Assembly: GCA_964440095.1 (NCBI GenBank) | Contig: CAYTPZ010000002.1 | Location: 1,764-65,763 of the forward strand | Reading direction: 5' to 3' | Length of the DNA: 64,000 bases | DNA from: an uncultured bacterium | GTDB taxonomy: Bacteria > Krumholzibacteriota > Krumholzibacteriia > JACNKJ01 | Shown here: piece after piece, positions 47,230-56,192 of the stretch | Position numbering within the stretch: position 1 is the stretch's first letter | Layout of the letters: each line of letters starts with the position of its first letter | The notes under the pieces: generated by a model | Seen by the model: only the letters and a program-made list of their open reading frames with translations | The model's database searches: none | Told to the model about the DNA's origin: nothing | Made by a program: the position numbers and the translations under genes

Positions 47230-47931
47230 ATGCCTGCGGAACATCCATTCTGGACCATCATCGTCGCCGCCGGCTGCGGGCAGCGATTCGGCGCGGCGCG
47301 CCCCAAGCAATACCTGGAGCTGGCCGGACGCCCCGTGCTCATGCGCGCGATGGATCCTTTCCTGGACCACGGTGATCCCGACCGGATCATCCTGGTGATT
47401 CCACCCGAGGACAGTGGGTACATCCAGGAGATGCTTGATGAATACCTGCCTGGCGCGCGCGCATTGCTTGTACCGGGAGGCGCAACGCGGCAGAACTCGG
47501 TCTATCGAGGGCTCAGCGCCATTGCCGACGAAGAGGCTTTCGTGGCCGTGCACGACGCGGCGCGCCCGCTATTCGATGGATCCAAGCTCTCGGAGTGGCG
47601 CAACTTGCTCGAAGAGTGTGAGGCTGTGCTTCCTGTGATTCCCATCGCGGACACAGTGGTGGAGGCGCAGGATGGTCGCGTGAGCAAGCTACTGGATCGA
47701 CGAAAGCTCGGTGCGGTGCAAACACCACAGCTTTTCAAACTGTCGACCCTGCGGGCGGCCCACATGGAAGCCATAGAGCGCGGCGAGGAAAATGCCAGCG
47801 ACGACGGCGGGCTGGTACTCGCCTTTGGCGGAGATATTCGTGCGGTCTCCGGCGACCCGAACAATTTCAAGATCACTCGTCCGGAAGATTTCGAATGGGC
47901 GGAACGTGAGCTCAAGGAGAAGGATGACTAG
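47230..47931 (+). CDS. ispD: 2-C-methyl-D-erythritol 4-phosphate cytidylyltransferase
   Basis: IIVAAGCGQRFG...PKQYLELAGRPVL N-terminal motif; IspD family. Confidence 0.85.
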   Translation: MPAEHPFWTIIVAAGCGQRFGAARPKQYLELAGRPVLMRAMDPFLDHGDPDRIILVIPPEDSGYIQEMLDEYLPGARALLVPGGATRQNSVYRGLSAIADEEAFVAVHDAARPLFDGSKLSEWRNLLEECEAVLPVIPIADTVVEAQDGRVSKLLDRRKLGAVQTPQLFKLSTLRAAHMEAIERGEENASDDGGLVLAFGGDIRAVSGDPNNFKITRPEDFEWAERELKEKDD

Positions 47932-48406
47932 AACAGGCATCGGATTCGATTCCCACCGCTTCGCCGAAGGCCGTCCGCTGATTCTAGGTGGTGTCACCAT
48001 TCCAGGATCGCGCGGCCTGGCAGGCCACTCCGACGCCGACGTACTGGCCCACGCCATCGTGGATGCTCTGCTCGGCGCTGCAGCATTGGGAGATATCGGT
48101 GGCCATTTTTCCGACAAGGATGAGGCCTGGAAAAACGCGCCGGGTTCTTTGTTCATCGACCACACCTTGGAATTGCTATCAAAGCGTGGCATGAGACCAG
48201 TGCATATTGATAGCACCATCATTGCTGAAACACCGCACCTGGCGCCGCAGGTGGCTGCCATCCGTGAAAGTCTCGCCGGATTTCTGAAGCTGCCCCTTAA
48301 GTCGGTCTCTGTGAAGGCTACCAGCAACGAGGGCATGGGCGCTTTGGGACGAGGCGAGGGAATGGCCGTCATGGCCGTGGCAACCATCGAGGAGAAAGAT
48401 GCCTGA
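47924..48406 (+). CDS. ispF: 2-C-methyl-D-erythritol 2,4-cyclodiphosphate synthase
   Basis: GIGFDSHRF...GHSDADVLAHAIVDALLGA signature; ATGACTAG overlap with ispD. Confidence 0.9.
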   Translation: MTRTGIGFDSHRFAEGRPLILGGVTIPGSRGLAGHSDADVLAHAIVDALLGAAALGDIGGHFSDKDEAWKNAPGSLFIDHTLELLSKRGMRPVHIDSTIIAETPHLAPQVAAIRESLAGFLKLPLKSVSVKATSNEGMGALGRGEGMAVMAVATIEEKDA

Positions 48407-49808
48407 TTCAAAACCCCGCGTGCGATTCGCACCCAGCCCCACAGGAAGCCTGCACATGGGTGTGGCCCGCACGGCCTTATTCAACTGGCTCTTCGCCCGT
48501 GGGCGGGGCGGCACCTATGTGTTGCGCGTGGAAGATACGGATCGCGAACGCAGCACCCGCGAGAGTGAAGAGGCCATGCTCACAAGTCTCAAATGGTTGG
48601 GTCTCGATTGGGACGAAGGTCCCGACGCCGGTGGAGACTATGGTCCTTATCGTCAGAGTGAGCGACTGGACTTCTACGCGGCCAAGGCAAATCTGCTTGT
48701 GGGGCAAAATCTTGCCTACCCCTGTTTTTGCAGCGACGAAGATCTCGCGGCCAAACGCGAAAGGGCCGAGGCCGAAAAGAGGGCGCCAGTTTACGATGGT
48801 ACCTGTGCGAACATCGATCCGGCCGAAGCGGCTGAACGTGCCGCAAAAGAAAAACACACCATTCGTTTTCGGGTGCCTGATCGCGACGTGACCATCGAAG
48901 ATCTTGTTCGCGGCCAAGTCACCTTTCCCGCGGGAACGGTGGGGGATTTCATTCTGCTTCGCCCCGATGGAATGCCCGTCTACAATTTTGCCTGTGTTGT
49001 TGATGATGGCCTCATGGAAATCTCTCACGTATTGCGCGGCGAGGATCATCTTTCGAATACCCTTCGCCAGGTCATGCTCTACGAGGCACTTGATTTTCAG
49101 GTGCCCGCATTCGGGCACCTTTCTATGATTTTGGGCGAGGACAAGCAGAAGCTGTCCAAGCGCCATGGCGCGGTGAGTGTTGAGGCTTTTCGCGAGCAGG
49201 GCTATCAGCCTGAGGCTCTTCTCAACTACCTCGCCCTACTCGGATGGAATCCCGGCGACGAGCGCGAGAACATGAAGCTGGATGAGCTCGTGAAAGCCTT
49301 CGATATCGGGCGTGTCAATAAATCGCCGGCCGTTTTTGATCGCGCAAAACTCGACTGGCTCGCGGGAGTGAAGATTCGCGAAGGCAAGCCTGAGGATATG
49401 CTCGAAGCTGCCCGGCCATTCCTTCCGGGCGAAAGCGATGAACGCATTCTGAAGATGATCGCGGCGGTGCAGGATCATCTGCACTACGCGGCTCAGTTGC
49501 CTCATGAAGTTGAGTTGCTCAAGGGTTCTCGTCCTGAGCCCGACGTGGAGGCGCGCGATTGGATCGACGGTGGAAGGGACCTCTTCGATGCATTGGTTGC
49601 AGAGATATCTTCCCGGGAAGGAAATTTCGATGCAGGGGTTTTCAAGGCTTCCATGAAGGCGTCGGGCAAGGCTGCGGGAAAGAAGGGCAAGGAGTTGTTC
49701 ATGCCCGTGCGCGCGAAGATCACGGGGCGAATTCACGGGCCCGATCTATCGGCAGTCGCAGAAATTCTAGGATCTGAGGAAGTGCTGGCCCGGCTGCAGG
49801 CGGAGTGA
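48399..49808 (+). CDS. gltX: Glutamyl-tRNA synthetase
   Basis: RFAPSPTGSLHMGVARTALFNW (HIGH region); KLSKRHG (KMSKS region). Confidence 0.9.
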   Translation: MPDSKPRVRFAPSPTGSLHMGVARTALFNWLFARGRGGTYVLRVEDTDRERSTRESEEAMLTSLKWLGLDWDEGPDAGGDYGPYRQSERLDFYAAKANLLVGQNLAYPCFCSDEDLAAKRERAEAEKRAPVYDGTCANIDPAEAAERAAKEKHTIRFRVPDRDVTIEDLVRGQVTFPAGTVGDFILLRPDGMPVYNFACVVDDGLMEISHVLRGEDHLSNTLRQVMLYEALDFQVPAFGHLSMILGEDKQKLSKRHGAVSVEAFREQGYQPEALLNYLALLGWNPGDERENMKLDELVKAFDIGRVNKSPAVFDRAKLDWLAGVKIREGKPEDMLEAARPFLPGESDERILKMIAAVQDHLHYAAQLPHEVELLKGSRPEPDVEARDWIDGGRDLFDALVAEISSREGNFDAGVFKASMKASGKAAGKKGKELFMPVRAKITGRIHGPDLSAVAEILGSEEVLARLQAE

Positions 49809-49832
49809 CGACGCATTTCGCGGAGGTAAAAT

Positions 49833-50558
49833 TTGGCATGGATCACTGACCCCGGCATCTGGATCGCCTTGCTCACACTCACATCCATCGAGATCGTGTT
49901 GGGTGTGGACAACATTGTATTCATTTCCATACTCGCCGGAAAATTGCCGCAGGAAAAGCAGGAGCGCGCGCGCATCCTAGGCCTTGCCGTGGCTATGATT
50001 ACGCGCATCCTGCTATTGCTGTCGCTCACTTGGGTGATGCGGCTCACGCAGCCGATCTTCCACGTTTTTACCCAGGAGATTTCCGGTCGGGATCTCATTC
50101 TGCTCGCCGGCGGCTTGTTTTTGCTGGCCAAAAGCACCCTTGAAATTCACGAGAACCTGGAGCAGCACGAAGAGAAGGAGAAGCGCAGGCAGGCTGCCGG
50201 CTTCATGGGGGTTATTGCGCAGATCGCCGTGCTGGATCTGGTCTTCAGTCTCGACTCGGTAATCACTGCCATCGGGCTTGCCGATCAGATTCCCGTCATG
50301 GTGGCCGCCATCGTGGTGGCTGTCATTGTCATGATGTTCTCCGCGCGAGCCATCAGCGTCTTCATCGAGAAACACCCCACGGTGAAAATACTCGCACTGA
50401 GTTTTCTGCTGCTCATCGGAGTGGCGCTCGTGGCCGAGGCCTTCGAACTACATCTGCCCAAGGGATACATCTACTTCGCCATGGCCTTCTCGGTTTTCGT
50501 GGAGATGTTAAATCTTCGCATCCGAGGAACTGGAAAGTTGAAAGGTGGTTCAGCTTGA
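49833..50558 (+). CDS. TerC-family integral membrane protein
   Basis: EIVLGVDNIVFISIL and repeated TerC TM blocks; probable TTG start after a GGAGG RBS. Confidence 0.75.
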   Translation: MAWITDPGIWIALLTLTSIEIVLGVDNIVFISILAGKLPQEKQERARILGLAVAMITRILLLLSLTWVMRLTQPIFHVFTQEISGRDLILLAGGLFLLAKSTLEIHENLEQHEEKEKRRQAAGFMGVIAQIAVLDLVFSLDSVITAIGLADQIPVMVAAIVVAVIVMMFSARAISVFIEKHPTVKILALSFLLLIGVALVAEAFELHLPKGYIYFAMAFSVFVEMLNLRIRGTGKLKGGSA

Positions 50559-50643
50559 TTCCCCCCTGCCATGGCTGTGGTCGCGCACTCAGTAACTGCC
50601 GCATCATAGACGTCTTCTATCCCGTGCGAGAGGATTACCAAGT

Positions 50644-51207
50644 ATGAAGCGCTGCGCCTGGGCGGGTGAGGGTCTGTATCGCGAGTATCACGATCTTGAG
50701 TGGGGCGTGCCGCTGCACGATGAGCACAAACTCTTCGAGTTTCTGATTCTCGAAGGTGTGCAGGCGGGTCTTAGCTGGTCGACTATTCTGAACAAACGCG
50801 AAAATTACCGTAAGGCCTTCGCAAATTTCGATCCGCTCAAGGTGGCTCGATTCAGCGACGCCAAGTTGGAAAAGTTGCTCCTGGAACCTGGCATCGTGCG
50901 CAACCGTTTGAAAATTTTCTCGGCTCGACGAAACGCCAAGGCTTATCTGAGGCTTCAAAAGGAATTCGGAAGCTTCGATGCCTACATCTGGGCCTGGGTG
51001 GATGGAAAGCCCATTCAGAATCACTGGAAGACTCTCAAGGACTTGCCGGCAGAAACGGAACTGTCCCGCACCATCAGCGAAGACTTGAAAGTACGTGACT
51101 TCAACTTCGTGGGACCGACAATCGTTTACGCCTTCATGCAGGCTGTGGGTATGGTCAACGACCACACAAGCGACTGTTTCCGCCACAAGGAGTGCCAAGT
51201 TAAGTGA
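50644..51207 (+). CDS. tag: DNA-3-methyladenine glycosylase I
   Basis: C.W....LY..YHD.EWG.P..D...LFE.L.LEG.QAGLSW pattern matches Tag. Confidence 0.85.
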   Translation: MKRCAWAGEGLYREYHDLEWGVPLHDEHKLFEFLILEGVQAGLSWSTILNKRENYRKAFANFDPLKVARFSDAKLEKLLLEPGIVRNRLKIFSARRNAKAYLRLQKEFGSFDAYIWAWVDGKPIQNHWKTLKDLPAETELSRTISEDLKVRDFNFVGPTIVYAFMQAVGMVNDHTSDCFRHKECQVK

Positions 51208-51536
51208 AGATTCTCGTTCTAGGTGGTACGCATTTCGTGGACCTCGCGCTGCGCGGCGGCGAAGCCTTGGCGCCGGGGCGTTCCGAACGTTTGGTGCAGT
51301 ACCTTGACGTGGGCGATCTGCTGAGAGCATGTGGCAATGCGACCGGTGGAGACATTCACTTGACCTGGCTCAGCGATGAATTCCTGGAGGATCAGGAAGT
51401 CGCGCCATGGTCGGGCCTTCCTATGTGGATACCGGGCCCCTTGATTTAAAAGATCAGCTGGAGGGTACTCTCCCTCCGGCTTCCTATTGTCAGCCAGTTT
51501 CTATCGGGTTAGCATAGGCGCAGAAAGGTGGATACC

Positions 51537-53909
51537 ATGATGCGATTTCTCGTCCTGCTCATTTTGACTCCTCTCCTTGCTCTCGCAGAATTGCCCGGCT
51601 GGTTGGGTGTCTATTACGACCCGGTTGCGCCGATTCCACAGCTGGAATCGGATTTCGACCACGATGCATTACTGGGCGCGGCCAGTGGACTTCGTCTGAG
51701 TGTGGTGTTCCCCGATTCGCCCGCGGAACTGGGCGGTCTGCTACCGGGCGATCTTATTTTCGCCATCGATGGTGAGCCTTTCAAAGTGCCCGCCGATCAG
51801 ATTCGCCAAGATTTCCGAGCCCGCATGGATGGCAGGGCTGTGGGCGAGAAGGTGCGCTTCCACTTGGTACGCGATGCCTTGGATCGAGAGCTGAGTGGCG
51901 GGGAGAAGACGTTCTGGGATGACCCTGAAACCTATCTCGAGTCAATGCCCAACGGCTCAGAGCTGAGTGCGACCGTGATCAAAGAGCAACGTGTTTTCGA
52001 TGTGGTGCTGGCGCTGGGTCCACGACCTGAAGCGAACTGGCCTGCGCCCAGGCCCAACGATGAGATCTATCCGCCGGCTCGATTTCCACCTGTGATTCTC
52101 GAGGCCATCACCGATTCTCTTGCAGGTCGCGAAGGCGTGGCTGCAGATCGCGCCGACCTCCTTGAGCGATTGGCTGCGACCCAGAATACGGCCGATCCTT
52201 TCAGGCTCGACCCGGTTATCTATGCCATGCGCGAACCGTTTCGCATGGGAAGTCTGACGCACTATTACCAAGTTCGCGCCAGAAACTGCTACTCAGCCAA
52301 GACCACCCTGGATCTCGCTTCAACTTGGATGGACTCCCAGCCTCATCGGCCTATTCCCACACGCCAACTACCTCGAAACTTCGAAGAATTGCTAAAAGAC
52401 ATCCGGTCCACTCTTGAGAGGGCCGGGGACGAAGTGGATAGGGCTTTCCAGAATCTAAGTCAGGAAGATCGCGATTTTCTATTGGAACAACGTTGGGTGC
52501 TTCCCAAGGTTTTTGCCGAAGACATCTACATTCATTTCGACGAAGACCGGGATCGCTTTCGAAGGAATCAGCGCATCCTCAAGTTGGCGGAGCAGGTTGA
52601 CCAGAGCTCTCTGCAGGTTGCGGCGCAGATTGCCTCCTCCTTGCAGGGGGATGGCTGGATCGCCGCGGCGGAGAAAATAGTCCGTGATCATTTCGCCGAT
52701 GAGTTGCATCAGGCGGTTCTCCATGAAGAAGTCGCCGCTCCAGGCCGCATTTTGATAGGGGGCGAAGGCGCGCATTGGTATCGGGAGAAGGATTACGCCT
52801 TCATTCTCGATCTGGCCGGTGACGATTTCTACACCGGCAATGCAGGCGCAAATTCCGCCTGGGATGTACCCGTTTCGCTCTGCATCGACCTGGCCGGCGA
52901 CGACGCCTATGAGAGCAGCACGCCTTGCAATCAAGGAGCCGGCTCATTGGGCGTTGGCGGATTGTTGGACAGGGCCGGTAACGATCGCTACACAGGCATC
53001 CAGTTTTGCCAGGGTACAGGTTACCTGGGTATCGGCTGGCTTGCGGACATGTCGGGCCACGATCGATTCCGCGGTCGCAGTTTCTGCCAGGGAGTCGGAC
53101 TCTTCGGCGCGGGTGTTATCATCGAGGCCGAGGGTGACGATCGATACGAAGGCGACGTCCATGTGCAAGCCTGCGGTCTCGCCGGTGGCGTGGGTCTGAT
53201 CTTCGACCATCTAGGCAACGACGAGTACTATGCCAAGGGTCTCTATCCTACCGGTTATGGTGATGAGGGCATCTTCGACGCCTGGAGCCAGGGCTCGGCC
53301 ACGGGTTTTCGCACCCTGGCCTCGGGCGGCATGGCTCTTCTCTATGACGGCGGCGGTGAAGACCTGATGGAAGCGGGTAATTTTTCCCAGGGCGGCGGCT
53401 ACTACCACGGCTGGGGAATCCTGTTTGCGGGCGGCAATGAAAACGATCGCTATATCGGCTCACGATACAATCAAGGATTCGCGGCCCATCAAGCTCTGGG
53501 CAGTTTCATCGAAGTGGGCGGCGACGATCTGTATCAAACTCGCCAGGGTGTTGCCCAGGGATTGGCCTGGGATGAATGCGCCACGCTCTTCATCGACAGC
53601 AAGGGCGACGATCGATACGAAGGCGGCACCTTCTTTTCACAGGGAGCTTCGGCGCACAACAGCCTTTGCGTTTTCCTGGATGGTGGCGGTCGAGACCATT
53701 ACCTTTATGCTCCGGGCCCCGCTCGCGCCGGCACCAACGACTATCATGGCGGCACGAGCCTTTCCCTGTTCATCGATGAGAAGGGCCGGGATAATGTTTA
53801 TCAGCTATGGGATGCTCCGGCCGGCGGCTACGGCTATCAACCCGAACATGGATTCTGGCTTGATCTGGAAGGCTCTCTCGCGGGAGCCCTGGAGGAGTTG
53901 CAGCCTTGA
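51537..53909 (+). CDS. Secreted PDZ-domain protein with a C-terminal array of about 12 unrecognised 26-residue GDD-Y/QG repeats (predicted beta-solenoid)
   Basis: Signal peptide; PDZ-like segment (LRLSVVFPDSPAELGGLLPGDLIFAIDGEP); repeats of the form D.AGDD.Y.G...F.QG.G.LG.G.L; start taken at the ATG after an AGGTGG RBS (the track starts at an upstream GTG). Confidence 0.6.
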   Translation: MMRFLVLLILTPLLALAELPGWLGVYYDPVAPIPQLESDFDHDALLGAASGLRLSVVFPDSPAELGGLLPGDLIFAIDGEPFKVPADQIRQDFRARMDGRAVGEKVRFHLVRDALDRELSGGEKTFWDDPETYLESMPNGSELSATVIKEQRVFDVVLALGPRPEANWPAPRPNDEIYPPARFPPVILEAITDSLAGREGVAADRADLLERLAATQNTADPFRLDPVIYAMREPFRMGSLTHYYQVRARNCYSAKTTLDLASTWMDSQPHRPIPTRQLPRNFEELLKDIRSTLERAGDEVDRAFQNLSQEDRDFLLEQRWVLPKVFAEDIYIHFDEDRDRFRRNQRILKLAEQVDQSSLQVAAQIASSLQGDGWIAAAEKIVRDHFADELHQAVLHEEVAAPGRILIGGEGAHWYREKDYAFILDLAGDDFYTGNAGANSAWDVPVSLCIDLAGDDAYESSTPCNQGAGSLGVGGLLDRAGNDRYTGIQFCQGTGYLGIGWLADMSGHDRFRGRSFCQGVGLFGAGVIIEAEGDDRYEGDVHVQACGLAGGVGLIFDHLGNDEYYAKGLYPTGYGDEGIFDAWSQGSATGFRTLASGGMALLYDGGGEDLMEAGNFSQGGGYYHGWGILFAGGNENDRYIGSRYNQGFAAHQALGSFIEVGGDDLYQTRQGVAQGLAWDECATLFIDSKGDDRYEGGTFFSQGASAHNSLCVFLDGGGRDHYLYAPGPARAGTNDYHGGTSLSLFIDEKGRDNVYQLWDAPAGGYGYQPEHGFWLDLEGSLAGALEELQP

Positions 53910-53923
53910 AGATACCCGAAGAC

Positions 53924-54475
53924 ATGAGGCGACTACTCGTCATCGGGACAAGCTGTTCCGGCAAGACGACCATGGCGTCCTCTCTTTCGGAAATCTTGAG
54001 CTGCCGACATGTTGAACTCGACCGACTCTACTGGCTCCCGGGTTGGCGCAATCGCGAAGTGGAAGAGTTTCGCGAACTCACACGTCGCGAGGTAAGCGGC
54101 TCCTGCTGGGTGGTGGACGGCAACTACAGCTTCGTGCGGGACATCACCCTTAGCAGAGCCACGGCCGTGATCTGGCTAAACTACTCTTTTCCGCGCGTAT
54201 TCTGGCGAGCCCTCCGCCGAACCACGCAGCGTGTCTATAGTCAGGATGAGCTTTTCGCCGGGAACCGGGAGAGCTTTCGGCAGTCCTTTTTGAGCAAGGA
54301 CTCGATTCTCTGGTGGGTGATCACTACCTGGCGCAGGCGCAAGCGCGAGTACGCGCGATTGGCGAAGCATCCCCATCATCCGCCTTTTGTGAAATTGTGT
54401 CATCCCCGCGATGCCGAGATCTTTCTCGACAAACTTCAGGAGCGCGACTGGAAACCCTGCGAGGAGCAAGAATGA
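53924..54475 (+). CDS. P-loop NTPase (adenylate/shikimate-kinase-like, topology-modulation-protein-like)
   Basis: MRRLLVIGTSCSGKTT Walker A at the N-terminus; about 184 aa; overlaps upstream and downstream genes by 4 bp. Confidence 0.6.
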   Translation: MRRLLVIGTSCSGKTTMASSLSEILSCRHVELDRLYWLPGWRNREVEEFRELTRREVSGSCWVVDGNYSFVRDITLSRATAVIWLNYSFPRVFWRALRRTTQRVYSQDELFAGNRESFRQSFLSKDSILWWVITTWRRRKREYARLAKHPHHPPFVKLCHPRDAEIFLDKLQERDWKPCEEQE

Positions 54476-55407
54476 ACGTGACGGCTCTCATCGGCGGAAG
54501 CTCTGCCGAGCGTGAGGTGAGTTTGGCCACGGGCGCGGCCATCGAGGCGGCCTTGCGTGGGCTCGGCCACGACAGCTCCTCGCTGGATCCCAGCGAGGAA
54601 AACTGGCAGTCACGATTGTCGGCGGCCAAGCCCGATCTTGTATTCATCGCCCTCCACGGAGGAGCGGGAGAAGACGGCCGTATTCAGGCCGAGTTGGAAT
54701 CCATGGGCCTTGCCTACACGGGCAGCGATCCCGCATCCAGCGATTTGGCCATGGACAAACAGGCCTCCAAGGATCGGGCTAGAGCCCTGGGCCTGCTTAC
54801 TCCGGAATCACAACGTTTCAGGCTGGACGACACCGAACGCGCCAGTCCGGCCACGGTTATGGATCTGGCGGAAGTCGTTGAGAGCCGCATCGGATATCCT
54901 ATGGTGGCCAAACCAAATCGCGAGGGATCCAGCGTGGGCTTGGCGGTGATGTTCAATCGGGAAGATGCCTCGCTCAAGTTGCCAAGGACCATTCGTTCTT
55001 CGGCGGACATCCTCTTCGAGCGATACATACCCGGGCGCGAATTGACGGTGGCGATTCTTGGCGACCGTGCCCTGCCGGGGGTGGAGATTCTACCTGAGAG
55101 CGGACTCTACGACTATGAACACAAATACAGCTCGGGCAAATCCCAGTACCAGTGTCCGGCGCAACTGCCGGAAGGACTGCGCGAGGAGATGGAGCGACAG
55201 GGCCTGGCCATCTTCAAAGACCTGGGTTGCCGCGATCTCGGGCGAGTGGATTTTCGTGGCGACGAGGATGGGCGCCTCTGGTTTCTGGAAGCCAATACCA
55301 TTCCCGGCATGACCGAGACCAGCCTGGTGCCCATGGCCGCAGCGGCCGTCGGTCTTGACTTCCCGGGCCTTGTGGCGGAAATTGCTCGTCTCGCTTTGGA
55401 AAGGTAG
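54472..55407 (+). CDS. ddl: D-alanine--D-alanine ligase
   Basis: N-terminal GGSSAEREVSL; ATP-grasp blocks GYPMVAKPNREGSSVG and EANTIPGMT. Confidence 0.85.
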   Translation: MNVTALIGGSSAEREVSLATGAAIEAALRGLGHDSSSLDPSEENWQSRLSAAKPDLVFIALHGGAGEDGRIQAELESMGLAYTGSDPASSDLAMDKQASKDRARALGLLTPESQRFRLDDTERASPATVMDLAEVVESRIGYPMVAKPNREGSSVGLAVMFNREDASLKLPRTIRSSADILFERYIPGRELTVAILGDRALPGVEILPESGLYDYEHKYSSGKSQYQCPAQLPEGLREEMERQGLAIFKDLGCRDLGRVDFRGDEDGRLWFLEANTIPGMTETSLVPMAAAAVGLDFPGLVAEIARLALER

Positions 55408-55409
55408 TC

Positions 55410-56189
55410 ATGAAAACACTCTACGGAATGATCCACTTGGCCCCGCTGCCGGGCAGCCCTTCGGGTCTGCTCAGCCTGGATGCCATTGAAGAACGGGCTC
55501 TGAGGGATGCGTCCCACTTTGCCGCTGCGGGCTTCACGGGGATCATGGTGGAGAATTACGGCGATGTTCCCTTCCACGCCGAAGCTGTGGGCGCCGAGAC
55601 CGTGGCCCAGATGACTCGTATTGCCCGGGCCCTGCACCTGGCCCTCCCCGAACTGGCCCTGGGTGTGAATGTTCTCCGCAACGACGGCGAGGCGGCCCTG
55701 GCCGTGGCCGAGGCGGCTGGCGCGGATCTCATTCGCGTGAATGTGCTTTCGGGTATTTCCAACTCCGACCAAGGTCCACTAGTGGGGCGGGCCGCGGAAA
55801 TACTGCGATTGCGACGCAGGCTCGACAGCTCCATTCGCATTTTTGCCGATGTGGATGTTAAGCACGCGGTTATGGCTTCACACAGCGACGCCGTTCACCA
55901 GGCCGAAGATCTGGCAGAGCGGGCGGGGGCCGATGCCCTGATCGTGTCGGGCCGGTCCACGGCATCGCTTCCGGACCAGGAGTTGCTTAAGCGTCTGCGA
56001 GCGCGATTTGATACCTTTCCTATTATTATTGGTAGCGGCCTCAATCTGGAAAATGCTTCAGACCTGTTGGTCACGGCCGATGGCGCCATCGTCGGTTCTT
56101 CATTGAAGGTCGGTGGCCGTACCGAAAACCCCGTGGATCCCTCGCGCGCGAAGGCGCTTTCCGAGGCGGTTCGAAAGCTCGAGGAGTAA
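55410..56189 (+). CDS. BtpA/SgcQ-family TIM-barrel protein
   Basis: MIHLAPLPGSP N-terminal signature and family-wide similarity. Confidence 0.7.
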   Translation: MKTLYGMIHLAPLPGSPSGLLSLDAIEERALRDASHFAAAGFTGIMVENYGDVPFHAEAVGAETVAQMTRIARALHLALPELALGVNVLRNDGEAALAVAEAAGADLIRVNVLSGISNSDQGPLVGRAAEILRLRRRLDSSIRIFADVDVKHAVMASHSDAVHQAEDLAERAGADALIVSGRSTASLPDQELLKRLRARFDTFPIIIGSGLNLENASDLLVTADGAIVGSSLKVGGRTENPVDPSRAKALSEAVRKLEE

Positions 56190-56192
56190 GTC

